NCBI RefSeq assembly: GCF_058153355.1
Contig: NZ_CM177019.1
Length of the DNA: 64,000 nucleotides
Strand: one strand, 5' to 3'
Position 1 is the stretch's first letter. The number at the start of each line of letters is the position of its first letter. Positions 1 to 9,368 of the stretch are shown in pieces. Made by a program: the position numbers and the translations under genes. Below the pieces are notes generated by a model. That model did not search any database. It worked only from the letters and a program-made list of their open reading frames with translations, and was not told where the DNA came from.

Positions 1-817
1 CGTCGCCAGCTGGTCGACAGCACGCCATTTTGGTCTGAATCATCTCGGCTTACTGGCACCCGGCAAGCAGGCGGATATCGTCCTGTTGAGCGATGCGCGT
101 AAGGTCACGGTGCAGCAGGTACTGGTGAAAGGCGAGCCGATTGACGCACAAACCTTACAAGCGGAAGAGTCAGCGAGACTGGAACAATCCGCTCCGCCGT
201 ATGGCAATACCATTGCCCGCCAGCCAGTTTCCACCAGCGACTTTGCCCTGCAATTTACGCCTGGAAAACGCTATCGGGTCATTGACGTTATCCATAACGA
301 ATTGATTACGCACTCCCGCTCCAGCGTCTACAGCGAAAATGGTTTTGATCGCGATGATGTGTGCTTTATTGCCGTACTTGAGCGTTACGGGAAAAAACTG
401 GCTCCAGCCTGTGGTTTGCTCGGCGGTTTTGGCCTGAATGAAGGCGCGCTGGCTGCGACGGTCAGCCATGACAGCCATAATATTGTGGTGATCGGTCGTA
501 GTGCCGAAGAGATGGCGCTGGCGGTCAATCAGGTGATTCAGGATGGCGGCGGGCTGTGCGTGGTACGTAACGGCCAGGTACAAAGTCATCTACCGTTGCC
601 CATTGCGGGGCTAATGAGCACCGACACGGCGCAGTCGCTGGCGGAGCAAATTGACGCATTGAAAGCCGCCGCCCGTGAATGTGGTCCGTTACCGGATGAG
701 CCGTTTATTCAGATGGCGTTTCTTTCCCTGCCAGTGATCCCCGCGCTGAAACTAACCAGTCAGGGGCTGTTTGATGGCGAGAAGTTTGCCTTCACCACGC
801 TGGAAGTCACGGAATGA
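1..817 (+). CDS. ade: adenine deaminase, C-terminal part (5' end lies outside the window)
   Basis: Track ORF 86..817 in a frame that stays open to the window start; recognised as the C-terminal part of E. coli adenine deaminase; convergent with uhpT as in K-12. Confidence 0.8.
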   Translation, partial: VASWSTARHFGLNHLGLLAPGKQADIVLLSDARKVTVQQVLVKGEPIDAQTLQAEESARLEQSAPPYGNTIARQPVSTSDFALQFTPGKRYRVIDVIHNELITHSRSSVYSENGFDRDDVCFIAVLERYGKKLAPACGLLGGFGLNEGALAATVSHDSHNIVVIGRSAEEMALAVNQVIQDGGGLCVVRNGQVQSHLPLPIAGLMSTDTAQSLAEQIDALKAAARECGPLPDEPFIQMAFLSLPVIPALKLTSQGLFDGEKFAFTTLEVTE

Positions 818-1008
818 AAAAAGACCGTATTAGCTGATTTACGGAAAATATGTACTCCACAAGCGTCAATATCAGACGAGGCCTGGGAAAAGATGATGTT
901 GTCTGATGAAAGTAATCAGCAGCACATCCGTGAGGCTATTGTGGCGATGGAACGCAATAACCAGAACAATTACTGGGAAGCGTTAGGCAAGGTTGAATGC
1001 CCGGATAT

Positions 1009-1038
1009 GTAGACGTGAAGCCGCAGCTTCACGTCTAC
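1009..1038. terminator. Perfect 13-bp-stem hairpin between convergent ade and the LacI-family regulator
   Basis: gtagacgtgaagc cgc gcttcacgtctac read directly in sequence; could act as a bidirectional terminator. Confidence 0.4.
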
Positions 1039-1047
1039 ATTTAGCAC

Positions 1048-2004
1048 TTAACGTGAACGTACATCGGGAATAATTAAATCACCACGCAAAACATATGAAC
1101 CCAGCATCGTCTGCGTTTTCTCGTTAAGCCAACTGACTATGCGGGCGGCCATTTCGTCCAGCGAATATTCTATCGCCGGAATGGTCGGTATCCCCGGAAG
1201 ATGAACAGTACCCGCCAGACTAAATACCATAATGTCCTCAGGAACAGATTTATTAAACGCCTGCAATTGCGGTATCACCCGCTGTGCTTGCTGTTCATCA
1301 GCAACTAATAACGCATTAAAGTTCAGTGTTGAGGCGTTATTTAGCAGCTCCTGCAAGGCCACTGAGGAAGAGATTGCTTCCATAAAAACCAGATTACGGT
1401 TAAAGGGAAGAAAGTTTTTCTCCAGCGCGTGTTTATAGCCCAGTAAAACCTGGTCAGAAAATCCCATACCGTGTGGGTGGATGAGGGCGATTTGTCGTCT
1501 GTTCTGACTTATCAGATAGTTACAAGCGGTTTCAGTCGCGAATGTGTGGTCGAACTGAATACTGTTAACATCATTACCCGTCTCAAGGCAGTCCACCAGT
1601 ATCACGTTTTCCTGATGAATATTCAGTGGAAAACGCGCACCAATAATCAGCACGTCATCACACAAACCACAGCCCAACTCATCAAGGGCGTTCTTTACCT
1701 CGGCTTTATTGCTGGCGAAGCGAAGAAGTAGATGTTTTTGATGCTGGCTGAGATGTTTTTCCAGAGCGTAAAGATAACCGGTGGTCTGATTAATGTTTTC
1801 CTGAGCACAAATTACACCGATACAGCCCGTAGATTGCGTCAGCAGTGACTGCGCAATGACATTGGGACGATAGTTTAGCTCTTCGACGGCTTTCAATACC
1901 GCGAGACGGCTGGCTTCTTTAACACCACGCGATCCGCTCAACACCCGAGAAACCGTCGCTTTTGAAACGCCAGCCAAACGCGATACATCATTGATAGTAG
2001 ACAT
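1048..2004 (-). CDS. LacI-family transcriptional regulator (sugar-responsive repressor)
   Basis: N-terminal HTH typical of LacI/GalR family (TINDVSRLAGVSKATVSRVL) plus periplasmic-binding-like sugar domain; start set at the second ATG, 6 nt after a GGGGAG Shine-Dalgarno; divergent from the PTS operon. Confidence 0.85.
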   Translation of the reverse strand: MSTINDVSRLAGVSKATVSRVLSGSRGVKEASRLAVLKAVEELNYRPNVIAQSLLTQSTGCIGVICAQENINQTTGYLYALEKHLSQHQKHLLLRFASNKAEVKNALDELGCGLCDDVLIIGARFPLNIHQENVILVDCLETGNDVNSIQFDHTFATETACNYLISQNRRQIALIHPHGMGFSDQVLLGYKHALEKNFLPFNRNLVFMEAISSSVALQELLNNASTLNFNALLVADEQQAQRVIPQLQAFNKSVPEDIMVFSLAGTVHLPGIPTIPAIEYSLDEMAARIVSWLNEKTQTMLGSYVLRGDLIIPDVRSR

Positions 2005-2100
2005 CATTCTCCCCTGACAGAGCAGCCCTGGCTCCCACAATCCTGAATTCCTGTTGGCTTAAATATTAGCCGCTCGCAGTATAACTGTTTCCGTTTTTTA

Positions 2101-2119
2101 ATGGAAACCGATTTTCCAT
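2101..2119. promoter_or_regulatory. Candidate operator 1 (imperfect palindrome atggaaaccgattttccat)
   Basis: Inverted repeat with TGGAAA/TTTCCA half-sites in the divergent regulator/PTS intergenic region. Confidence 0.35.
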
Positions 2120-2217
2120 GACACCTCAAAACTGAGCTAATAATGATAAAAATGTGAACACAATCGAAATAATAACGCGACTTTATAGCGAAATCTGATA
2201 GCCGTCACAGTTTGACG

Positions 2218-2243
2218 TTTCCATGAATGGAAACCGGTTTCCA
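2218..2243. promoter_or_regulatory. Candidate operator 2 (perfect 16-bp palindrome tggaaaccggtttcca, overlapped by tttccatgaatggaaa)
   Basis: Perfect palindrome at 2228..2243, about 55 bp upstream of the PTS IIB start; LacI-family operators are typically 14-18 bp palindromes with a central CG. Confidence 0.4.
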
Positions 2244-2296
2244 AATGATATCAAATCAATTGCGAAATAGATTTTTACATTCAGAGGATGTGTCAG

Positions 2297-2611
2297 ATGG
2301 TCAGGATTATGTTGTGTTGCTCTGCGGGGATGTCAACCAGTCTGCTGGTGAAAAAAATGGTCGAGGCCGCAGAAAGCAGAGAGCTACCGGTAGAGATAGA
2401 TGCCTACGGAGTTTCCGAATTTGATATTCAGTTTCCAAAATATCAGGTGGTGCTACTCGGACCGCAGGTAAAGTACATGTTAAACATGCTCGCAGAAAAG
2501 GCCGCCCCCCAGGGAATACCCGTAAAAGCCATTGATATGGCGGACTACGGAATGCAACGGGGTGACAAGGTGCTGGATTACGCTCTGTCGCTCATTGCAG
2601 CGACACATTAG
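2297..2611 (+). CDS. PTS lactose/cellobiose-family EIIB component
   Basis: About 105 aa with the CSAGMSTSLLV phospho-cysteine motif of ChbB/CelA-type IIB; GAGGA Shine-Dalgarno 8 nt upstream of the chosen ATG. Confidence 0.85.
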   Translation: MVRIMLCCSAGMSTSLLVKKMVEAAESRELPVEIDAYGVSEFDIQFPKYQVVLLGPQVKYMLNMLAEKAAPQGIPVKAIDMADYGMQRGDKVLDYALSLIAATH

Positions 2612-2623
2612 AAAGGTGTCATT

Positions 2624-3955
2624 ATGAGTTCGTTATATCAATCAATGGTTGCCGTTATTGAACAATCCATCACACCGCTTGCCGGGAAGCTGGGGCAGCA
2701 AAAATATGTGATTGCCATCCGGGACGGTTTTACTGCCGCTCTACCGTTTATGATCATCGGTTCGTTTATGCTGGTGTTCATTTTCCCACCGTTTTCGGCT
2801 GAAACAACCAACAGTTTTGCCCGAGGCTGGCTGGATTTCTCCGCCACCTACCGTGAACAGCTAATGTTGCCATTTAACCTCAGCATGGGGGTGATGACTT
2901 TCTTCATCTCAGTAGGGATCGGCGCCAGCCTTGGGCGACAGTTTAATCTCGATCCGATTATGTCTGGCTTGCTGGCATTTATGGCATTTTTACTGGTCGC
3001 AGCACCTTACGCTGACGGCAAAATATCGACTCAATATCTTTCCGGGCAAGGGATTTTCACTTCGCTGATTACCGCGATTTATGCCACTCGTGTGTACGCC
3101 TGGTTAAAACAGCACAACGTAACAATCCGTTTACCCAAAGAAGTCCCTACTGGGGTGGCGCGCTCCTTTGAGATCCTTATCCCGGTTCTGGTGGTCATTG
3201 CTACGCTACACCCACTGAATCTGTTTATTGAAGCCCAGACTGGAATGATTATTCCTGAGGCAATCATGCATCTTTTAGCGCCACTGGTCTCTGCTTCTGA
3301 TTCTCTGCCCGCAATTCTGCTGTCTGTTCTGATGTGTCAGATTTTCTGGTTCGCAGGTATTCATGGTTCACTGATTGTAACAGGCATCATGAATCCCTTC
3401 TGGATGGCAAACCTGTCGGCAAATCAGGCAGCTCTTGCCGCTGGCGCGGCGCTTCCTCACGTTTATCTGCAAGGGTTTTGGGATCACTACCTGCTGATTG
3501 GCGGTGTCGGCTCGACGCTACCGCTGGCGTTCTTGCTGTTACGCAGCCGCGTTGCTCACTTGCGTACCATCGGAAAAATGGGCGTTGTCCCCAGTTTTTT
3601 CAACATCAATGAGCCTATTCTGTTCGGTGCGCCGATCATCATGAATCCGATGTTGTTTATCCCGTTCGTTTTCGTGCCAATTATTAACGCCATCCTGGCC
3701 TATACCGCGACCAGACTGGGCTGGCTGGCACAGGTTGTCTCATTAACGCCATGGACCACACCTGCTCCAATTGGTGCCTCCTGGGCTGCCAACTGGGCAC
3801 TCAGCCCAGTGGTGATGTGCATTATCTGTATGGTGATGTCGGCACTGATGTACCTCCCATTCTTGCGCGCCTATGAACGCTCATTGCTGAAAAGCGAAAA
3901 ACAAAAAGCGCAGGATACCGTCTCCGTGGCCAATGCAGCCCGTAGCAACTCATAA
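2624..3955 (+). CDS. PTS lactose/cellobiose-family EIIC permease
   Basis: 443 aa polytopic membrane protein, ChbC/CelB-like; directly follows IIB. Confidence 0.9.
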   Translation: MSSLYQSMVAVIEQSITPLAGKLGQQKYVIAIRDGFTAALPFMIIGSFMLVFIFPPFSAETTNSFARGWLDFSATYREQLMLPFNLSMGVMTFFISVGIGASLGRQFNLDPIMSGLLAFMAFLLVAAPYADGKISTQYLSGQGIFTSLITAIYATRVYAWLKQHNVTIRLPKEVPTGVARSFEILIPVLVVIATLHPLNLFIEAQTGMIIPEAIMHLLAPLVSASDSLPAILLSVLMCQIFWFAGIHGSLIVTGIMNPFWMANLSANQAALAAGAALPHVYLQGFWDHYLLIGGVGSTLPLAFLLLRSRVAHLRTIGKMGVVPSFFNINEPILFGAPIIMNPMLFIPFVFVPIINAILAYTATRLGWLAQVVSLTPWTTPAPIGASWAANWALSPVVMCIICMVMSALMYLPFLRAYERSLLKSEKQKAQDTVSVANAARSNS

Positions 3956-3975
3956 TGAATCAAGGAGTAAGAACA

Positions 3976-5373
3976 ATGAGATACCGTTTTCCCGACGACT
4001 TCTGGTGGGGTAGTGCCTGCTCTGCGCTGCAAACCGAAGGGGATAGTCTGAACGGCGGCAAAAGCCAAACCACCTGGGATGTATGGTTCGAACGCCAGCC
4101 AGGCCGCTTCCATCAAGGTATTGGCCCGGCGAACACATCAACCTTTTATCAACACTGGCAACAAGATATTGCCCTGCTAAAACAGTTAAAGCATAACAGT
4201 TTTCGCACCTCGTTAAGCTGGTCTCGCCTGATACCAGACGGTACTGGTGACGTAAATCCTGAAGCGGTGGCGTTCTATAACAATGTCATCGACGAGCTGC
4301 TGGCGCAGGGCATCACACCGTTTATCACCTTGTTCCACTTTGATATGCCAATGGTGATGCAGGAAAAAGGTGGCTGGGAGAGTCGGGAAGTCGTAGAGGC
4401 TTTTGGTGAATATGCCCGTACCTGCTTTGAACTGTTCGGCAACAGAGTGAAGCACTGGTTTACCTTTAACGAACCGATTGTGCCGGTAGAGGGCGGTTAT
4501 TTATATGACTTCCACTATCCGAACGTTGTTGATTTTAAGCGTGCTGCGACAGTGGCTTACCATACCGTTCTTGCGCACGCCACGGCAGTTCTGGCATTTC
4601 GCCGCGGTAATTTCGAAGGTGAAATTGGCGTGGTGCTCAACCTGACGCCTTCTTATCCACGCTCGCAAAATCCGGCTGATGTTAAAGCCGCACACTGCGC
4701 TGACCTTCTGTTTAACCGCAGCTTCCTCGATCCGGTGCTAAAAGGGGAATACCCGGCAGACCTTGTAGCATTACTAAAAGAGTACGATCAGTTGCCGCAA
4801 TGCCAGCCTGACGATAGTCAGCTAATCGCCGACGGAAAAATCGACCTGTTGGGGATAAATTATTATCAACCCCGTCGAGTTAAATGCCGGGATAGCGCCG
4901 TAAACCCCAATGCTCCCTTTATGCCGGAGTGGTTATTTGACTATTACGAGATGCCTGGACGGAAAATGAATCCTTATCGGGGATGGGAAATTTATGAACC
5001 CGGTATTTACGATATCATCACCAATCTTCGCGATAATTATGGTAATCCTCGTTGTTTTATTTCTGAAAATGGGATGGGTGTAGAAAACGAGCAACGTTTT
5101 ATTCAGGAAGGGCAAGTCAACGATAACTATCGTATTGAATTTGTCGCTGAACATTTAAAATGGCTGCATAAAGGAATTAGCGAAGGGTGTAATTGCCTTG
5201 GCTATCATATGTGGACGTTTATCGATAACTGGTCATGGCTTAATGCTTATAAAAATCGCTATGGATTTGTTCAGCTTGATCTGGAAACGCAAACACGCAC
5301 GATTAAAAAAAGTGGTGAGTGGTTTGCGACAGTTGCAGAAAATAACGGTTTTGATTGCGAGAAACAAAAATGA
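3976..5373 (+). CDS. Glycoside hydrolase family 1 6-phospho-beta-glucosidase
   Basis: GH1 signatures: FNEP (acid/base Glu) and ISENG (nucleophile Glu) motifs, FWWGSA N-terminus; AGGAG Shine-Dalgarno upstream of the chosen ATG. Confidence 0.9.
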   Translation: MRYRFPDDFWWGSACSALQTEGDSLNGGKSQTTWDVWFERQPGRFHQGIGPANTSTFYQHWQQDIALLKQLKHNSFRTSLSWSRLIPDGTGDVNPEAVAFYNNVIDELLAQGITPFITLFHFDMPMVMQEKGGWESREVVEAFGEYARTCFELFGNRVKHWFTFNEPIVPVEGGYLYDFHYPNVVDFKRAATVAYHTVLAHATAVLAFRRGNFEGEIGVVLNLTPSYPRSQNPADVKAAHCADLLFNRSFLDPVLKGEYPADLVALLKEYDQLPQCQPDDSQLIADGKIDLLGINYYQPRRVKCRDSAVNPNAPFMPEWLFDYYEMPGRKMNPYRGWEIYEPGIYDIITNLRDNYGNPRCFISENGMGVENEQRFIQEGQVNDNYRIEFVAEHLKWLHKGISEGCNCLGYHMWTFIDNWSWLNAYKNRYGFVQLDLETQTRTIKKSGEWFATVAENNGFDCEKQK

Positions 5374-5672
5374 TCGAACTAGAAGATGCTGTTATGGAAA
5401 TAATCGTCAATGCCGGCCAGTCACGCAGCCTCTGTTTTGAAGCGTTACACGCGGCACGTGCCGGGAACTTTGATGAAGCCAAACAGCTGCTACGTGAAGC
5501 TGACGGTTATTCGCGTCAGGCTCACCATATGCAAACCAAATTGATCGAACAGGATGCTGGTGAGGCCCGTCAGCCAATGACATTAATTATGGTACATGCA
5601 CAGGATCATTTAATGACATCGATGCTGGCACGAGAATTAGCAGAAGAAATAATTCATCTTTATCAAAGATAA
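5370..5672 (+). CDS. PTS lactose/cellobiose-family EIIA component
   Basis: About 100 aa helical IIA (ChbA/CelC-like); start overlaps the GH1 stop as ATGA, indicating translational coupling. Confidence 0.8.
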   Translation: MIELEDAVMEIIVNAGQSRSLCFEALHAARAGNFDEAKQLLREADGYSRQAHHMQTKLIEQDAGEARQPMTLIMVHAQDHLMTSMLARELAEEIIHLYQR

Positions 5673-5750
5673 TTAATTAATGCTTAGTGAGGAACATCTA
5701 TTTGATAAAATAAACCTCTGCTTTACCCAAGAATAAAATAGATAAACCAC

Positions 5751-5784
5751 CCTGTTTCGGAAGTTAAAAACAAACCGAAACAGG
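5751..5784 (+). terminator. Hairpin (10-bp stem cctgtttcgg / ccgaaacagg) between the PTS operon and the porin gene
   Basis: Inverted repeat read in sequence; weak T-tract after it, so possibly a partial terminator or processing site. Confidence 0.3.
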
Positions 5785-5872
5785 CTGCTTATTATCATAA
5801 AACAAATTAATACACACCTTATATTTATTATGCCCAACGCATAATGAATTATAACGTGTGCGTGAGATAATT

Positions 5873-7252
5873 ATGAAAAAGATAAATACACTTCCAGTTA
5901 CCCTGGTGGTTATTGCCGCTTTGTACTCAATATCTGCCCAGGCTCAGGAATTTACTCAGGAACAAATAGACGCCATTGTGGCAAAAGCCGTCGATAAAGC
6001 ATTAGCCGAAAGGCAAGAAAAAATGGATGCCGCGGCAGCGAAAAAAGTGGATGTGATTAACGAACCGGAAAGTGCTGCGCAGTCTCCGGATATGGCAATT
6101 CCCTTTGGCGTAAAATTTAGTGGTTATGCCCGTTATGGGGCTCATTTTCAAAGCGGCGATCAAAAATATGTTGCTGTAGACGGCTCCTATAATGGTGCAT
6201 CTGCAATTGGTCGTCTGGGGAACGAAGGTAACGGCGGAGAGTTTCAGTTATCAAAAGCCTTCAAGAGCGATAACGGCGCAATCTGGGATGTCAATGTCAT
6301 GATTGATCACTGGGGCGACGAAGTTAACCTGAAAAAAGCCTACGCTGGTGTCACCAATGTTCTGGCATCCAATCCTGACGCCTATATCTGGGCTGGTCGT
6401 GACTTCCACCAGCGCCCGCAACAGGGCATTAATGACTACTTCTGGATGACTCACGATGGTCAGGGTGCCGGGGTGAAAAATTTCGACATTGGTGGCATCA
6501 AGTTTGACCTTGCTACTGTCGCAGCGGTTGAATCCTGTAATCCTGAAGTGATGGAGGATGAGACTAATCCATCACGCATTACCTGTACTGGCGGGTCAGG
6601 AACGGGCGACAAAGGCAATTATGCGGTAACGTCCAAAATCCATGGTATGAAACTGGGGCCACTGGATCTTGAGTTGTACGCTAACTACGGCTTCGACTCA
6701 AAAGCGGTCGAAGGTGAAGACAAACTGAAAGCCTGGCAGGGGGCATTTGTTGTAAGCCATAGCAATGACAGCGGAGTGAATAAAGTCATTGCCCGCTACT
6801 CTGATAATTCCGATAACAGTGTTTACAATAAAACTGACGATCTCACGACAATTTACGCCAGCTTTGAAGGTAGTCATAAATTTACCCAGCAGGCGCAAAT
6901 CGAGTATTTACTGGCCTTCCATGATTACGACAACAGTTCCATTAAGAGTGATAACCGCAAAAACTATGGCGTAATTGTCCGTCCTATGTATTTCTGGAAT
7001 GACGTTCACTCCACCTGGCTTGAGGCGGGTTATCAACGGGTTGATTATGATAAAGGCGGAGATAATTCCGGCTGGAAGCTGACGCTGTCACAGAACATTT
7101 CTATTGCGATGGGCCCGGAATTCCGCCCAATGCTACGTTTCTACATGACGGGCGGGCAAGTTGATAATGACCGAACTGCACGCGTCAACGGTACAAAAGA
7201 GGAAACGCTTGACGACTTTAACCTTGGCGCGATGTGGGAAGCCTGGTTCTGA
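5873..7252 (+). CDS. Carbohydrate-specific outer-membrane porin, LamB/ScrY/BglH family, with N-terminal coiled-coil extension
   Basis: Signal peptide (MKKINTLPVTLVVIAALYSISAQA), charged helical N-terminal extension like ScrY, beta-barrel-like alternating pattern, C-terminal aromatic (…EAWF). Confidence 0.8.
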   Translation: MKKINTLPVTLVVIAALYSISAQAQEFTQEQIDAIVAKAVDKALAERQEKMDAAAAKKVDVINEPESAAQSPDMAIPFGVKFSGYARYGAHFQSGDQKYVAVDGSYNGASAIGRLGNEGNGGEFQLSKAFKSDNGAIWDVNVMIDHWGDEVNLKKAYAGVTNVLASNPDAYIWAGRDFHQRPQQGINDYFWMTHDGQGAGVKNFDIGGIKFDLATVAAVESCNPEVMEDETNPSRITCTGGSGTGDKGNYAVTSKIHGMKLGPLDLELYANYGFDSKAVEGEDKLKAWQGAFVVSHSNDSGVNKVIARYSDNSDNSVYNKTDDLTTIYASFEGSHKFTQQAQIEYLLAFHDYDNSSIKSDNRKNYGVIVRPMYFWNDVHSTWLEAGYQRVDYDKGGDNSGWKLTLSQNISIAMGPEFRPMLRFYMTGGQVDNDRTARVNGTKEETLDDFNLGAMWEAWF

Positions 7253-7270
7253 CAGACCACTCACATTGAG

Positions 7271-7723
7271 TTAATGCAACCAAAACACGCCTTCTTCTGG
7301 CTGGAAGAGGGCGTTATAGCCTATCTGGAAGGCATTAATCTCCTGCCTATCTGGCTCTAATTCACGGAGAAAACCCAGCGCCAGACGGACCTGGGCATCC
7401 GTGATCGGCGCAGCAAGACGCGCTTTTTGCAACAACCGATGCCAACGTAACAAGTTCTGCTCACTAGCATCGACAATCACAATTTGCCAGATAAGTAACA
7501 CCTGAGCAGCATTTTGCAGATGAGATTCATCCGGGCGATGCAAATAATACAAAAACTCTTCACCAGGCATTTTCCCCATCTGATCGATCATCGATTCTAC
7601 GGGTACAACATCAATATTAAGTCGTTCGCTTAAACGGCGGATCGCCCGTCGGGTGCCTGACATCAGAACCCGAAAACCAACCACAAATACCACCACGATG
7701 GTGGCAAGCATTATCCAGATCAT
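7271..7723 (-). CDS. Small membrane-anchored protein of unknown function (YicN-like)
   Basis: 150 aa, single N-terminal transmembrane helix (MIWIMLATIVVVFVVGF); the YicN resemblance is from memory and not verified. Confidence 0.55.
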   Translation of the reverse strand: MIWIMLATIVVVFVVGFRVLMSGTRRAIRRLSERLNIDVVPVESMIDQMGKMPGEEFLYYLHRPDESHLQNAAQVLLIWQIVIVDASEQNLLRWHRLLQKARLAAPITDAQVRLALGFLRELEPDRQEINAFQIGYNALFQPEEGVFWLH

Positions 7724-7792
7724 GCGTTCTCCTGCTTATCAACTTTTGATGATATCTGGAAAACGTCCCCAGGCGTTAATCTGGTCTAATTG

Positions 7793-7821
7793 AATAAAAA
7801 AAGCCCGGCGTCATGCCGGGC
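7793..7821 (-). terminator. Rho-independent terminator downstream of uhpT
   Basis: Hairpin gcccggcgtcatgccgggc flanked by an A/T run, giving a U-tract on the minus strand just after the uhpT stop. Confidence 0.55.
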
Positions 7822-7839
7822 AAAAGTCACCAGTTACGT

Positions 7840-9231
7840 TTATGCCACTGTCAACTGCTGAATCTTTTTCTCGCGGCGGATTTTGCGTTCTTCCATCACC
7901 GCCACTATCGCCATCAGGCAGATACAACCAATCGCGGCGATGTCCAGCGCGGCGAAGGTGCCTGCCCAGCCAGTAAGGCCGAATACTGGCGTCCCATCGG
8001 CAATCATCCCCAGCCCTAACTTGGCAAAGCTGTCGCCAATCAGGTAAGCAAAGGTGCCTTTAATACCATCGGCAGCACCAATGGCTTTTTTAGGTACAAA
8101 ACCAACAGCAGCCACACCAATCAACAATTGCGGGCCAAAGACCAGGAAACCTAACGCAAAGAGAGAAGCCAGGTAGATATATTCGTTGCTGGCATGTTGA
8201 TACACACCGAGCGTGGCGATAATCAGCGCCAGCGCAATGCAGGCCACCAGGCCACGGCGACCGTTCGCCAGGTCAGAGAGCCAGCCCCACAGCAGCGTAC
8301 CGACCAGCGCGCCAGCTTCAAACAGCGTAAAGCCCTGAATCGCCACCGCTTTAGAGAGTTTCAGTTCCTGGAACGCGTACACGGTTGACCACTGGTCGAT
8401 ACCAATACGCACCACATAGAGGAAAATGTTGGCGAAGCACAGCAGCCAGATCACTTTGTTTTTCAGCACATACTCAACAAAGATCTGCCACTTGGTCATA
8501 TCGGTAGATTCTGTCTCTTTGTCCTCTTCGCTGATCTCCTCGCCGAACAGCTCTTCAGCTTTGCCGAGGCCATAAGATTCCGGGGAGTCGCTGCCGTAAC
8601 GCAGGCCGATAAAACCGACAATCAGCGCGATAATCGACGGGAAGATAAACATGCCGATGACATGACCATCGAACAGGTAATTTGCGCCGAACAGCGCCAC
8701 ACCTGCTGCGCCTGCACCGCCAAGGTTGTGAGAAATGTTCCAGAAACCGAGGAATGTCCCGCGCTTACGACGCGGCGTCCATTTGGTGATGGTGGAGTAA
8801 CTGCACGATCCCCCGGTACTCTGGAAAAAGCCGCTTAAGGCGTAGAAGGCAATCATCAGGAACAGGCTAACCGAGCCGCTGCCCATACTGGCACTGAAGC
8901 CCAGCATACAAATGGCAGACAGGATCAGCATGAACGGCAGGAATTGTTTGGTGTTTTTGCCGTCGGCGTAGTAGGAAACCAGCGTTTTACCCACGCCATA
9001 AGTGATGGAGAAGCCCAGGCCGATCATCCCCAGCTGCGTCATGCTCAAGCCGTAGGTCGAGATCATGTCGTTCTGCGCGATGTTAAAGTTCTTGCGAATC
9101 AGGTACATCGTCAGGTAGCCGATAAAGACCACCAGGTAGGATTGCATGAACGGTTTGAACCACATTTTGCGCCGCACTTCGAGCGGAAGATCCAGGGTCG
9201 GCTTGCGAACCTGGTTTAAGAAAGCCAGCAT
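7840..9231 (-). CDS. uhpT: Hexose-6-phosphate:phosphate antiporter
   Basis: 463 aa MFS transporter recognised as E. coli UhpT; conserved uhpABCT context. Confidence 0.95.
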
Positions 9232-9368
9232 GGGTTACTCCTGAAATGAATACCTGCGTGAGGTATGCATTGTAAAAATCAGTAGCAAATCAGGCCTGAG
9301 ATAGCGTCCAGGCAAAACCTGGAAAATTTCTTAGTTTTGCCGGATATGAAGTGAAAAGGTGAGATGCA

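Noticed and set aside
7271..7723. Calling the 150 aa gene yicN itself
   Set aside because: K-12 yicN lies on the opposite side of ade as I recall, so a direct ortholog call is not supported by position; reported only as YicN-like.
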